From: Chthonomonadales bacterium
Lineage (GTDB): Bacteria; Armatimonadota; Chthonomonadetes; Chthonomonadales; CAJBBX01
Assembly: GCA_012517255.1 (NCBI GenBank)
Contig: JAAYVH010000313.1
Span: forward strand, 5,960-69,959
DNA length: 64,000 nt
Direction of reading: 5' to 3'
This document shows, one piece after another, positions 9,501 to 18,868 of the stretch. Numbering within the stretch: the stretch's first letter is position 1; the number at the start of each line of letters is the position of its first letter. The translations under genes were made by a program, and so were the position numbers. The notes beneath the pieces were generated by a model, which was not told the DNA's origin, did not search any database, and saw only the letters and a program-made list of their open reading frames with translations.

Positions 9501-11428
9501 GCCGATAGCCGGTCCAGAACATAGAGAATCGCGAGTCCGCAAAGACCCGCTGTGCCCGCCGCCAGATCCGACCACGAGAGCCGATGCTTCGCAAGGGATC
9601 GCGCACGGCCCGTCCAGCCGCGGGCGACCATCGCGTCGTGCACTTCTTCCGCAAGCGCCATGGCACGACCGAACAGCGCGCCCATCGCGCTCCCGACCAG
9701 TCCGCGTGCCGTGCCTGTCGGTATGCTGCCGACCGTGCGGCTGCGGCGTGCAACGAAGGCCTCATCGGCCGCCCTCACAAGTACGGCAATGTAGCGGTAC
9801 GTCATCGCAAGAACGGCTATCACGACTGCAGGCACCGCAAACGACCGGAGCGCGGCAAGCACTTCGTGCCATGGCGTGCTCAGGGTCAGCATCTGTGCGA
9901 GCATCACGGCGCCGAGCGCTCGCGTGAACAGTGAGACGCATGCCAGCAGTCCGGGTTGCGAGATCTGGAGCCAGCGGCTGTCGCCGAGAGAGAGAATAGT
10001 GGGGCCGTCCGTAACCGCGCGCAGCATCAGCGGCGCCGAAACGGGAAGTGCAAAGAAGGCGCAAAGGCCAAGACCGCGCCGCAGGAACGCCCCGGCACCC
10101 AGCCGGGATCTAGCCGCCAGCACGATTAGCACGAGACACAGCAGCACTGATGAGCCCGCGTGGCGGAGCGATGCGGCGACAACCAGCCCGGCGAGAGTGA
10201 CGCCCAGTTTGACCCTGGCATCCACACTCTGCAGGGCTCCGGGCAGACGGGAGGACTGTTCGGCTCGCATCTGCTCCGACATAAACCGGACGAGTTCGCC
10301 CATGGTTCGGTTCAGGTACGTCATGCGTGGAGGATCCGCGATTCTCTCGGCAGGCGGCGTCGAGTCCTTGAGCCAGTCGGGAAGTTGCCCTTCGCGGACC
10401 GATGACCTCGGAGCCGGGCCGCCGTCCGCTGACCCGGGTCCATCGTCCGAGCGAGCTACCGGCCGGGCGACAATCCAGATAATGCCAACGATCAAAGCAA
10501 CGCCGACAATGCCCGAGAGGATGTAGAACACCGCGCCGCGGTCGCTGAGGTAGTCGGGCAGCAGATGCAGCCCGATGGGGCCTCTCTGTTCGGCCTCGGC
10601 GAATGCCGCCGGCGTATAGCCCGCGCGGGCCGTTAGCTCCTCGGTGCCCCACTCGCCCCATGCCTCACCCTCGGCGATTAGACCCAGGGGAGCCAGGGCG
10701 ACTAGCCCGGCAAGTCCGAGCCAGAGCCATTCCATGCGGGAATGGCGCCCCGATACCCGTGTGTGTTCGGGCGTCACTCCGGCGAACACGGCAAACCTCA
10801 CTGCCGCGACCGAGACTGCAGCCTCGATCAGACCCGCGACGGTCAGGTGAGGCAGCACCATGGCGGGCAGCGTCACCCGCAGGTCAAACGGGAAGTAGAG
10901 TGCGTGGCCTGCCGCGTCATGATGCAGCATCGGTTGGACTCCCAGGACCACCGCGGTCAGCAGAGCCGCGACGTTGACGCCGACATAGGCTCCGGCGGCG
11001 ACCGCGGCCGTATGGCGGGCCGTGCCGGGGAGCGCGTTGCCGGACATCATGCGATAGACTGCGTAGCCGCAGAGGGGCATCGCCGCCGCCATGGACAGAC
11101 AGTTGGCGCCGAGCGCCAGCACGCCGCCGTCGCCAAAGAACACAGCCTGGATGGCCAGAGCCACCGATATGCCGAGAACCGCGGCCCATGGACCGAGGAG
11201 GATGGCGAGGGCGACCGCTCCCACCGCGTGCGCTGTGGTCCCGCCCGCCAGAGGCACATTGAACATCATAATCGTGAAGCTGAACGCGCTACCGAGGGCT
11301 AGGAGCGGAACCTGCCGGGTGGTCAGTCCCTTCGACAGACGCCGCACGGCGCCGTACCAGATGGGAGCCATCGCGCCCGCCGCGACCGCGGACGTAGCTG
11401 GACTGATCATGGAATCGGGAACGTGCAT
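9497..11428 (-). CDS. cbiM: Fused Co/Ni ECF transporter membrane protein: CbiM/NikM + PDGLE(N)-like + CbiQ/NikQ
   Basis: Starts 'MHVPD' after an AGAGGTG RBS. CbiM motifs 'GTTAHAVG' and 'FGDGGVLALGAN'; 'AWGEWG...LPDY' region; CbiQ part 'DARVKL...MTYRYI...SRT...AMVARGW'. Confidence 0.85.
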   Translation of the reverse strand: MHVPDSMISPATSAVAAGAMAPIWYGAVRRLSKGLTTRQVPLLALGSAFSFTIMMFNVPLAGGTTAHAVGAVALAILLGPWAAVLGISVALAIQAVFFGDGGVLALGANCLSMAAAMPLCGYAVYRMMSGNALPGTARHTAAVAAGAYVGVNVAALLTAVVLGVQPMLHHDAAGHALYFPFDLRVTLPAMVLPHLTVAGLIEAAVSVAAVRFAVFAGVTPEHTRVSGRHSRMEWLWLGLAGLVALAPLGLIAEGEAWGEWGTEELTARAGYTPAAFAEAEQRGPIGLHLLPDYLSDRGAVFYILSGIVGVALIVGIIWIVARPVARSDDGPGSADGGPAPRSSVREGQLPDWLKDSTPPAERIADPPRMTYLNRTMGELVRFMSEQMRAEQSSRLPGALQSVDARVKLGVTLAGLVVAASLRHAGSSVLLCLVLIVLAARSRLGAGAFLRRGLGLCAFFALPVSAPLMLRAVTDGPTILSLGDSRWLQISQPGLLACVSLFTRALGAVMLAQMLTLSTPWHEVLAALRSFAVPAVVIAVLAMTYRYIAVLVRAADEAFVARRSRTVGSIPTGTARGLVGSAMGALFGRAMALAEEVHDAMVARGWTGRARSLAKHRLSWSDLAAGTAGLCGLAILYVLDRLSA

Positions 11429-11469
11429 CGCTTCACCTCTAGCACGGCCACGGCGTGCAACGATGCGCC

Positions 11470-11498
11470 ATTGTAACACTCGCCGAATGCACCGTCAA
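11470..11498 (-). promoter_or_regulatory. Sigma70-type promoter for the cbiM-Q/cbiO operon
   Basis: Minus strand TTGACG-N17-TACAAT, about 40 nt upstream of the start codon. Confidence 0.7.
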
Positions 11499-11578
11499 CG
11501 CGCAGCCCGGCTCACCGCGTGTGAAGCAGGGCGTGACGCAATGAGGATGGTGCAAGGGATTGCGGATCGGGATCGGCG

Positions 11579-11597
11579 GTCGGGATCGGATCCCGAC
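11579..11597 (-). terminator. GC-rich hairpin downstream of the oxidoreductase gene
   Basis: Inverted repeat gtcgggatc-g-gatcccgac just 3' of the stop at 11615; no clear U-tract. Confidence 0.35.
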
Positions 11598-11614
11598 CCG
11601 CGCACCGCATGCGG

Positions 11615-12607
11615 CTACAACTTCACGTACCTCTTCTCCCTGTCGGACTGATAGCCGCCCAGGATGACCTTGAGGACCGTCACGCCCTCGTACAGGCCCT
11701 GCTCGGGCTGGGCGCCGGTCTCTATGCAGTCCACGAAGTGCTTGATCTCGCCGACAAAGCCGTTCTCGGGCTGGAGCTCGTGCTTCTCGGTCTCGCCCTG
11801 GAGCGGCTGGAAGTAGAGCGTGTTGCCTCGGCCGTAGATCTGGCCCTTCTCGCCGATGGCATGAATCTGCCAGTGGCCGTTGGGAACGTTGTAGCCCCAG
11901 GAGGTCTGGAGTGTGCCGACGGCGCCGTTGGCGAAGCGGACCATGGTCTGGGCGCTATCGTCGCCCTCGAGGGTGGGCTGGTTGTAGTTGTCCAGCATAC
12001 TCACGACCTCAACGGGCTCTGAGTTGGCCAGCGAGATGAGCATGTACGTCGGATGATAGCCAGTGTCAATGGCGCATCCGCCGCCGCAGGTGTCGAGCTT
12101 GCCGCGCCAGCCCCAGTTCACCGGGGTCCCGCCTCCGGCGAAGAAGCAGTCCACCGTGCGCAGGCTGAACAGTCGGCCGAGTTTGCCCTCGCGGATCCAC
12201 CTGCGGGCGGTGCGTGGCGCCGGCTCGAACATCTGATTGTGGGCGCAGGCGAGGATGACGCCGTTCGCCTTGACGGCCGCCTCGATCTCTTTCGCCTCAT
12301 CTAGCGTGGTACAGAGCGGCTTTTCGGTCAGCACATGCTTGCCGGCGTTCGCGGCATCCACGATGGCCGCGCAATGGAGGTGGTGGGGCAGTGCGCAGTC
12401 CACGGCGTCCACGTTGTTGTCGGCCAGCATGGCTTTCCAGTCCGAGTAGATGGCAGCCTCGGGGTTCGTCTCCGCCGCGCGCCGCTTCGCGTTCTCTTCG
12501 TTCACGTCGCATGCGGCCGTCACGATGGCGCGACCTTCGACGGCCTTGAGACCGGGCACGTGCGCGCCCATGATGCCCCCGCAGCCGACCAGTCCGATAC
12601 GAATCAC
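11615..12607 (-). CDS. Gfo/Idh/MocA family NAD(P)-dependent oxidoreductase
   Basis: GTG start 8 nt after an AGGAG RBS. 'IRIGLVGCGGIM', 'KHVLTEKP', 'GGGCAIDTGYH'. The 907-aa ORF in the track is an artefactual upstream extension. Confidence 0.9.
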   Translation of the reverse strand: MIRIGLVGCGGIMGAHVPGLKAVEGRAIVTAACDVNEENAKRRAAETNPEAAIYSDWKAMLADNNVDAVDCALPHHLHCAAIVDAANAGKHVLTEKPLCTTLDEAKEIEAAVKANGVILACAHNQMFEPAPRTARRWIREGKLGRLFSLRTVDCFFAGGGTPVNWGWRGKLDTCGGGCAIDTGYHPTYMLISLANSEPVEVVSMLDNYNQPTLEGDDSAQTMVRFANGAVGTLQTSWGYNVPNGHWQIHAIGEKGQIYGRGNTLYFQPLQGETEKHELQPENGFVGEIKHFVDCIETGAQPEQGLYEGVTVLKVILGGYQSDREKRYVKL

Positions 12608-12790
12608 TGCATGTTCTCCTGTAAGGTAATGTCCGCCCGCCCCTGTGGGCCTTCGGACCGGACTGTAGTTTGGCATCGTGGAGGCCCTTACCTGCAGCTT
12701 TCCGGTCCGATTTTGCATGAGATTCGGCGTCTGGAACCGCTCGCATGGCACCGCCGACGCAGCCCGCGCGCCACCATTGGCGCCAATCGG

Positions 12791-13216
12791 TTCGAGGGCG
12801 AACCAACCGCGATCAGGTGCAGTCCTTCTCTCGGTGATTCGGTTCGGCGGTTGATTAGCCCCTACGACGACAACTCGCGCGTATGGTAGGGGCGTATCAG
12901 CCGGACGGCGACCGTCACCATGACACGAGCGACGACTGCAACCGGCTGGTACGCCCTTGTCACGAGTCGCTTCGAGGGCGAACCAACCGCGATCAGGTGC
13001 GGTCCTTCTATCGATGGTTCGGTTCGGCGGTTGATTCGCCCCTACGACGACAACTCGCGCGCATGGTAGGGGCGTATCAGCCGGACGGCGACCGTCACCA
13101 TGACCCGGGCGACGACTGCAACCGGCTGGTACGCCCTTGTCACGAGCCGCTTCGAGGGCGAACCAACCGCGATCAGGCGCAGTCCTTCTCTCGTTGATTC
13201 GGTTCGGCGGTTGATT
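12791..13216. repeat. 180-bp tandem repeat (about 2.4 copies) of alternating palindromic GTAG-type REP-like elements
   Basis: Units at 12791-12970, 12971-13150 and a partial at 13151-13216. Each full unit has gggcgaaccaaccgc...gcggttgatt(c/a)gcccctac and gtaggggcgtatcagccgg...ccggctggtacgccc. Confidence 0.9.
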
Positions 13217-13280
13217 GGCCGTTACGAGGACGGTGCGTCGGCGAGGACACGGGTACGTTTCTCGTGACGCGCCGGGGCAC

Positions 13281-13311
13281 TTGACTCCCCTGATGCTCTG
13301 CGGGGTATATT
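13281..13311 (+). promoter_or_regulatory. Possible sigma70 promoter for glnA
   Basis: TTGACT (13281) and TATATT (13306); the 19-nt spacer is suboptimal. Confidence 0.4.
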
Positions 13312-13394
13312 CCCATCCGACGATGGGCGGAACGCCCGCAACGACGCTGTGCATACAACGCGAGCGGTCACGCTGATGTGGCCGACCGAAAGGC

Positions 13395-13440
13395 AACGCT
13401 CCCACGGGGACACGGATGCGGTCCCGCGGAGCGTTTTTTT
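13395..13440 (+). terminator. Intrinsic terminator within the glnA 5' leader (attenuator)
   Basis: AACGCTCC...GGGAC/GTCCC...GGAGCG hairpin followed by 7 T, 85 nt before the glnA ATG. Confidence 0.7.
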
Positions 13441-13525
13441 CATGGAGCGCTCGAACCCGGGGCAGCGGGCGCCCTCGATCCGTCAGCCCCGCCAACGCCA
13501 ATAGCGCAAAGGAGACGCACCAACG

Positions 13526-14941
13526 ATGACGCCGAAGGATGTCATTGACCTGGCCATCGAGCGTGAGGCCAAGATCGTGGACGTTCGTTTCGTGGACTTG
13601 CCAGGCATCTGGCAGCACTTCTCGATGCCGCTCTCGGCTTTCACGGAGGAGACATTCGAAGATGGCATAGGGTTCGACGGCTCCTCTATCCGTGGTTTCC
13701 AGAAGATCAACGAATCCGACATGCTGCTCATGCCCGATCCGGACACGGCCTTCATGGACCCGTTTACCGAGGTCGCGCAGATGAACATCATCTGCGACAT
13801 TGAGGACCCGATCACGCGCGAGCGTTACAGCCGCGATCCGCGACAGGTGGCCAAGAAGGCCGAGGCGTATCTCAAGGCTTCGGGCATCGCCGACACCGCC
13901 TACTTCGGACCGGAAGCTGAGTTCTACATCTTCAGCGACATCCGCTACGACACGACGCCCAACTCGGGCTACTACTTCATCGACAGCGAAGAGGGCATCT
14001 GGAACTCGGGCAAGGACGAGAAGCCGAACCTGGGCTACAAGATCCGCTACAAGGGCGGCTACTTTCCCGTGCCGCCGTCGGACTCGCTGCAGGATCTGCG
14101 CACGGAGATGATGCTGACACTCATCGAGACCGGCGTCGAGAGCGAGATCCAGCATCACGAGGTTGGGACGGCAGGCCAGAGCGAGATAGACATTAAGTAT
14201 GGTCCGCTGCTTCAGACTGCCGACAATCTGATGAAGTTCAAGTACGTCATCAAGAACGTGGCCAATCAGAACGGCTATACGGTCACATTCATGCCCAAGC
14301 CGCTCTTCCAGGACAATGGCTCGGGCATGCACTGCCATCAGTCGCTGTGGCTCGCCGGTCGCAATGTCTTCTTCGATGAGAAGGGCTACGCAGGCCTATC
14401 GGAGACCGCCATCTACTATATTGGCGGACTGCTCAAGCACGCGCCAGCCATTCTGGCATTCGCGGCCCCCTCAACCAACTCGTACCGGCGGCTGGTTCCA
14501 GGCTATGAGGCGCCCATCAACCTGATCTACTCGCAGCGCAACCGGTCGGCGTGCATCCGCATCCCCATGTACTCCAAGTCCCCCAAGGCCAAGCGCATCG
14601 AGTTCCGCGCACCGGATCCGTCAGCCAATCCGTATCTCGCGTTCCCGGCAATGCTCATGGCCGGTCTCGACGGTATAGAGAACAAGATCCTTCCTCCGGA
14701 TCCGATCGATAAGGACCTCTACGAGATGGAACCGGAGGAGCGGCACGGCATCAAGATGACGCCGGGAAGTCTCAGCGAGTCGCTGGATGCGCTGGAGGAG
14801 GATCACGAGTTCCTGTTGAAGGGCGGCGTGTTCACCGCCGACCTTATCAGCGAGTATCTCGCCTACAAGCGCAAGAACGAGGTGGATGCCGTTGCACTGC
14901 GCCCGCATCCGCACGAGTTCTATCTGTACTACGACGTGTGA
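13526..14941 (+). CDS. glnA: Type I glutamine synthetase (GSI-beta type)
   Basis: 'FDGSSIRGF', '[12 protein letters not shown]', 'FMPKP...[11 protein letters not shown]', 'NRSACIRIP', 'RIEFRAPDP', adenylylation-site region 'DLYEM'; AAGGAG RBS. Confidence 0.98.
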   Translation: MTPKDVIDLAIEREAKIVDVRFVDLPGIWQHFSMPLSAFTEETFEDGIGFDGSSIRGFQKINESDMLLMPDPDTAFMDPFTEVAQMNIICDIEDPITRERYSRDPRQVAKKAEAYLKASGIADTAYFGPEAEFYIFSDIRYDTTPNSGYYFIDSEEGIWNSGKDEKPNLGYKIRYKGGYFPVPPSDSLQDLRTEMMLTLIETGVESEIQHHEVGTAGQSEIDIKYGPLLQTADNLMKFKYVIKNVANQNGYTVTFMPKPLFQDNGSGMHCHQSLWLAGRNVFFDEKGYAGLSETAIYYIGGLLKHAPAILAFAAPSTNSYRRLVPGYEAPINLIYSQRNRSACIRIPMYSKSPKAKRIEFRAPDPSANPYLAFPAMLMAGLDGIENKILPPDPIDKDLYEMEPEERHGIKMTPGSLSESLDALEEDHEFLLKGGVFTADLISEYLAYKRKNEVDAVALRPHPHEFYLYYDV

Positions 14942-15182
14942 CACCTGGCGCAGACGCCTGCGCGACGGTTCCAAGAGCCCCTGCGGCCCGCGTCATGCGA
15001 TGCGGGCCGTACGCTTCTGGCGCTCCGTGTATAATGGCTGCGGAGAAGCGCACCGCCATCTCGACTGCCGCCACGATGCTTGCCGGAGAAGCCGCGATGG
15101 ATGGTCTGCGGTCTCAGGCGGAACGATTGCGCCACAGACCGCCGGCGCTTCAGGCACAGCGTGCGTAGAGGATGGATGTCAG

Positions 15183-15258
15183 GTGAAGCGCATTGAATGC
15201 ATCATCAGGCCGTTCAAGCTCGACGAGGTGAAGATCGCGCTCGGCGAGATCGGCGTCA
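15183..15258 (+). pseudogene. glnB: Truncated 5' copy of glnB (first 25 codons), forming the left direct repeat of the insertion
   Basis: [27 protein letters not shown]; 74/76 nt identical to 16914-16989, then diverges abruptly. Confidence 0.85.
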
Positions 15259-15395
15259 ATGGTGCCCCAGGCCGCGTAGAGACGGGAGAAGTGACGACAG
15301 ACAGGCGGTCCGCTTTGGGCGCGACATCCGTGGCTGGCGAAGGTGCACTAACCTCCTCGTGCCCTGACTACCATGCATGCCGTGTCAGGTCCGGA

Positions 15396-15404
15396 TGTTA
15401 TACT
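15396..15404 (+). promoter_or_regulatory. Extended -10 promoter inside the island
   Basis: TGTTATACT about 70 nt upstream of the DUF3467-like gene, preceded by the inverted repeat cctgac(15363)...gtcagg(15389). Confidence 0.5.
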
Positions 15405-15475
15405 ACTTGGTCCAGGCGCGTGGGGCGCACTGTTGCTTGTCGGGTGTGCGCGCACTATGGTGAACGGAGGTTCTG

Positions 15476-15814
15476 ATGGAAGAAGGCAACGACGAGGTAC
15501 GGGTGCCTCTGGATTTCCGCGGTCACGAAGATATGCCCCTCGCCTACGCGACGACGGTCGTCGTTCAACACACTCAAGACGAGTTCGTGCTGAGCTTCTT
15601 CGCTGTTGCACCCCCCATTCTACTGGGTGACCCGGAACACGTGCGGCATAAGCAGGATCAACTCAACGCGATTCCAGCACGTTGTGTGGCACGAATCGTG
15701 ATGTCTCCGTCCAGAATGGCCCAACTCGTGGAGGTCGTGAAGGGCAACCTTGCCATGTACGAAGAGCGTTTCGGCGCCCTATCCGAGGTGAGGCAGGAGG
15801 CGACGCAAGAGTGA
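15476..15814 (+). CDS. DUF3467-like small protein
   Basis: GGAGG RBS; pattern 'YATTVVVQHTQDEFVLSFF...VARIVMSPSRMAQLVEVVKGNL' typical of DUF3467. Confidence 0.75.
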   Translation: MEEGNDEVRVPLDFRGHEDMPLAYATTVVVQHTQDEFVLSFFAVAPPILLGDPEHVRHKQDQLNAIPARCVARIVMSPSRMAQLVEVVKGNLAMYEERFGALSEVRQEATQE

Positions 15815-16464
15815 TGCCACCATCGTTCTCGCAGGCCACCGACGCCATATCGGGAGGCGCAAGCGCCATCGTCTATCCGCCTTCAATCTCGAGCTCTAGC
15901 AGCGTGTCCGCTGAGTCCTTGACACAATGTTCGACTTGGTCGGTTCACTCATTCACCCGTGCACCGCGAGGAAAGCAGACCGTACGGGCAGCTCTTGCGG
16001 ACGCGTCCCGGACCGGTCTCTCCGGGGGCGTCAGCCGAGCACATGTGAGGCTGGCCCTCGACCGAGCCTTGAGCCGTATTGAGTCTCTGGGCCAACTGCC
16101 GGATCCCCTCGGAGAGTGTGAACCAATCGAAGTTGCGACAACGAAGCTGGCCCGCGCCTTGGTCAGGGATGTAGCTAACTGGGCCGAGGCAATGAGCCTC
16201 GGGCTTCAGGTTCCAGACGTGTCCGCCGATCTCGACGGTCGCATCTATCTGTCGTGGGGTACCAGACGTCAGGGCATTGTCAGTGCAATCGTTTCTGGTC
16301 GCGAGGATCGGGTCGTCATCGTCGAGACGCGGGTAGGCGGAGTGCCCAGGCGGACCGAGCATCGGGCGCAGGCAGCTGCGTTGGGGGTCCGCCGCGCGTT
16401 GGCTTCCATGTTCGGCAGCACATCAGCGGCGGGAGAGTGTGTATCCTTTGTGCCGACCGGCTAG
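15811..16464 (+). CDS. Hypothetical protein with Ser-rich N-tail and 'PDVSADLDGRIYLSW' domain
   Basis: AGGAGG RBS; GTG/ATG start overlaps the upstream stop. Resembles uncharacterised 'L..L....PI....A..L...P.V....DG.I.L.W' proteins. Confidence 0.6.
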   Translation: MMPPSFSQATDAISGGASAIVYPPSISSSSSVSAESLTQCSTWSVHSFTRAPRGKQTVRAALADASRTGLSGGVSRAHVRLALDRALSRIESLGQLPDPLGECEPIEVATTKLARALVRDVANWAEAMSLGLQVPDVSADLDGRIYLSWGTRRQGIVSAIVSGREDRVVIVETRVGGVPRRTEHRAQAAALGVRRALASMFGSTSAAGECVSFVPTG

Positions 16465-16476
16465 CGGTGGGAACGT

Positions 16477-17252
<776 letters not shown>

Positions 17253-17287
17253 CGGGGGCCCGGACGCTTGCAGACTCGCGCCGGGGT

Positions 17288-18868
17288 TTAGCCGCGACCC
17301 GAGTTCTTCCTAACGAGCGCGCCGGTGGGGCAGGCATCGGCGCAGGCCAGGGCGACCTCGCGCAAGCCTTCAACCATACCGCTGTGGAAGGGCACTGCCG
17401 TACGAACGCCGAACCCACGCCCCACGAACCCAAGGCCAAGCTCCTCACGCCCTTCGGCGGCGATGCGGACACAGATCCCGCACGCGATGCATTTGCCCGG
17501 CTCGAAGACGATGTCCGGATGGCTATCATCTATCTCGAAGCCGCGCCGTTCGCCTGCAAAGCGAATGGGCTGCGCGCCGTACTGCTCGGCGAACGAGCGC
17601 AACCGGCAGTCGGAGGCCTTGGCACACGCGCACCGCAGGCACCTTCCCGCTTCGGCAATGGCTTGCTCTGGCGTGAAACCCGCCGACGGTTGGGCCGGAG
17701 TCTGCCGTCCCGTGACGCTGCCTAACTGGAGAAACGGCTGGACGCCCTGACTGTCCAGATGGCCAATGTGAACGCTGAACTCCTTGCCGGATCGTCGGTG
17801 ATCCGGCATGCCGGATCCGCCAAGGTACGCGTCCACAGCGTGCGCCGCAGCCCGTCCGTCGCCAACGGCGCGCACTGCATGCCGCAGCGGCATGAGCGAA
17901 CCGCCTGCGGCGAACACGCCTTCGATGCCGGTCATCATGGTCACGCGATCCACCTTCATTCCCTGGGGACCGAAGGTAACGTCCGGCCAGGCCTCGGCGC
18001 TGGAGCGCACGTCGCCGGCGGCGATCAGCACGGCATCATAGTCCGTGCGAAGCTCTCCCAGCGAGACTGCGCTCCCGACCCGAGCGTCCATGACGAACTC
18101 TGCGCCGAGCCTCCGAATGATCTCGATCTCCGCGTCGAGCACGTCCTCGGGCAGCTCGTCGCGCGGAACGCCGTAGCGCAGCATGCCGCCGGGAAGCGGA
18201 TGCTCATCGAACAAGGTGCACGCATGGCCCATCTGCCGGAGATAGTAGGCAGCCGACAGCCCTGCGGGCCCTGAGCCCACGATGGCCACGCGTCGTCCCG
18301 TCGGAGGAGAACATGCGGGCAGATACGGTTCGCCTGAGTTCAGATCGAAGTCGGCCACGAACCGCTTAGTAAGGCACACCGACAGAGCGCCGTCGTGTGC
18401 GGCGCGTCGGCATCCTTTCTCGCAGAGCTCGGGACAGATGCGGCCCAGAACCGCCGGCAACGGTATGCGTTCTTTAACGACGATGAGGGCCTCACGGAAG
18501 CGCCCTTCGGCGGTCAGCCGCATCATCTCGGGGATGTCCATGCACGCGGGACACACGCCCTGGCACGGCCCGATACAGTCTCCGAGGTGGTCACTGAGCA
18601 GCAGCTCGATGGCGGTGCGCCGAGCGTTGCGGACCTCGTCGCTGTCGTTGGCCACCACCATGCCGTCGGCCACGCGCGTGGCGCAGGACGGAACGAGGCG
18701 CGGCATGCCCTCGACGCGGACGACGCACAGCATGCATGACGTCTGCGGGGGCCTGCCCGGCAGATGACACAGCGTGGGTATCTCGATGCCCGCGAGCTCC
18801 GCGGCTTCGAGAATCGTCGCCCCTTCGGGAGCGGTCACGTGCCGCCCGTCAAGACTAATGGACGGCAT
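17288..18868 (-). CDS. Fe-S flavoprotein: NuoG/HydA-like [2Fe-2S] N-terminus + GltD-like FAD module + C-terminal 2x[4Fe-4S]
   Basis: 'IPTLCH...SCMLCVV...PSC', 'DCIGPCQGVCP', 'GRICPELCEKGC', FAD motif 'VAIVGSGPAGLSAA', 'GVFAAG', 'RCLRCAC', 'CIACGIC...CADACP'. Confidence 0.85.
   Translation of the reverse strand: MPSISLDGRHVTAPEGATILEAAELAGIEIPTLCHLPGRPPQTSCMLCVVRVEGMPRLVPSCATRVADGMVVANDSDEVRNARRTAIELLLSDHLGDCIGPCQGVCPACMDIPEMMRLTAEGRFREALIVVKERIPLPAVLGRICPELCEKGCRRAAHDGALSVCLTKRFVADFDLNSGEPYLPACSPPTGRRVAIVGSGPAGLSAAYYLRQMGHACTLFDEHPLPGGMLRYGVPRDELPEDVLDAEIEIIRRLGAEFVMDARVGSAVSLGELRTDYDAVLIAAGDVRSSAEAWPDVTFGPQGMKVDRVTMMTGIEGVFAAGGSLMPLRHAVRAVGDGRAAAHAVDAYLGGSGMPDHRRSGKEFSVHIGHLDSQGVQPFLQLGSVTGRQTPAQPSAGFTPEQAIAEAGRCLRCACAKASDCRLRSFAEQYGAQPIRFAGERRGFEIDDSHPDIVFEPGKCIACGICVRIAAEGREELGLGFVGRGFGVRTAVPFHSGMVEGLREVALACADACPTGALVRKNSGRG

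Noticed and set aside
11429..11614. Cobalamin or NiCo riboswitch upstream of cbiM
   Set aside because: No B12-box is recognisable, and a consensus promoter lies only about 40 nt from the start.
12791..13216. Possible CRISPR array
   Set aside because: The whole 180-bp unit repeats with no unique spacers, and there are no cas genes.
11615..14338. 907-aa minus-strand ORF
   Set aside because: Only the last 330 codons are a real Gfo/Idh/MocA gene with its own RBS. The rest is glnA antisense plus the 180-bp repeat, which happens to be stop-free.
15030..15035. TATAAT upstream of the truncated glnB copy
   Set aside because: Plausible -10, but there is no -35 or properly spaced TG extension, so it was not called as a feature.
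17288..18868. Glutamate synthase small subunit (tempting next to glnA/glnB)
   Set aside because: No gltB; opposite strand in a different operon; extra Fe-S domains; NADPH domain missing.
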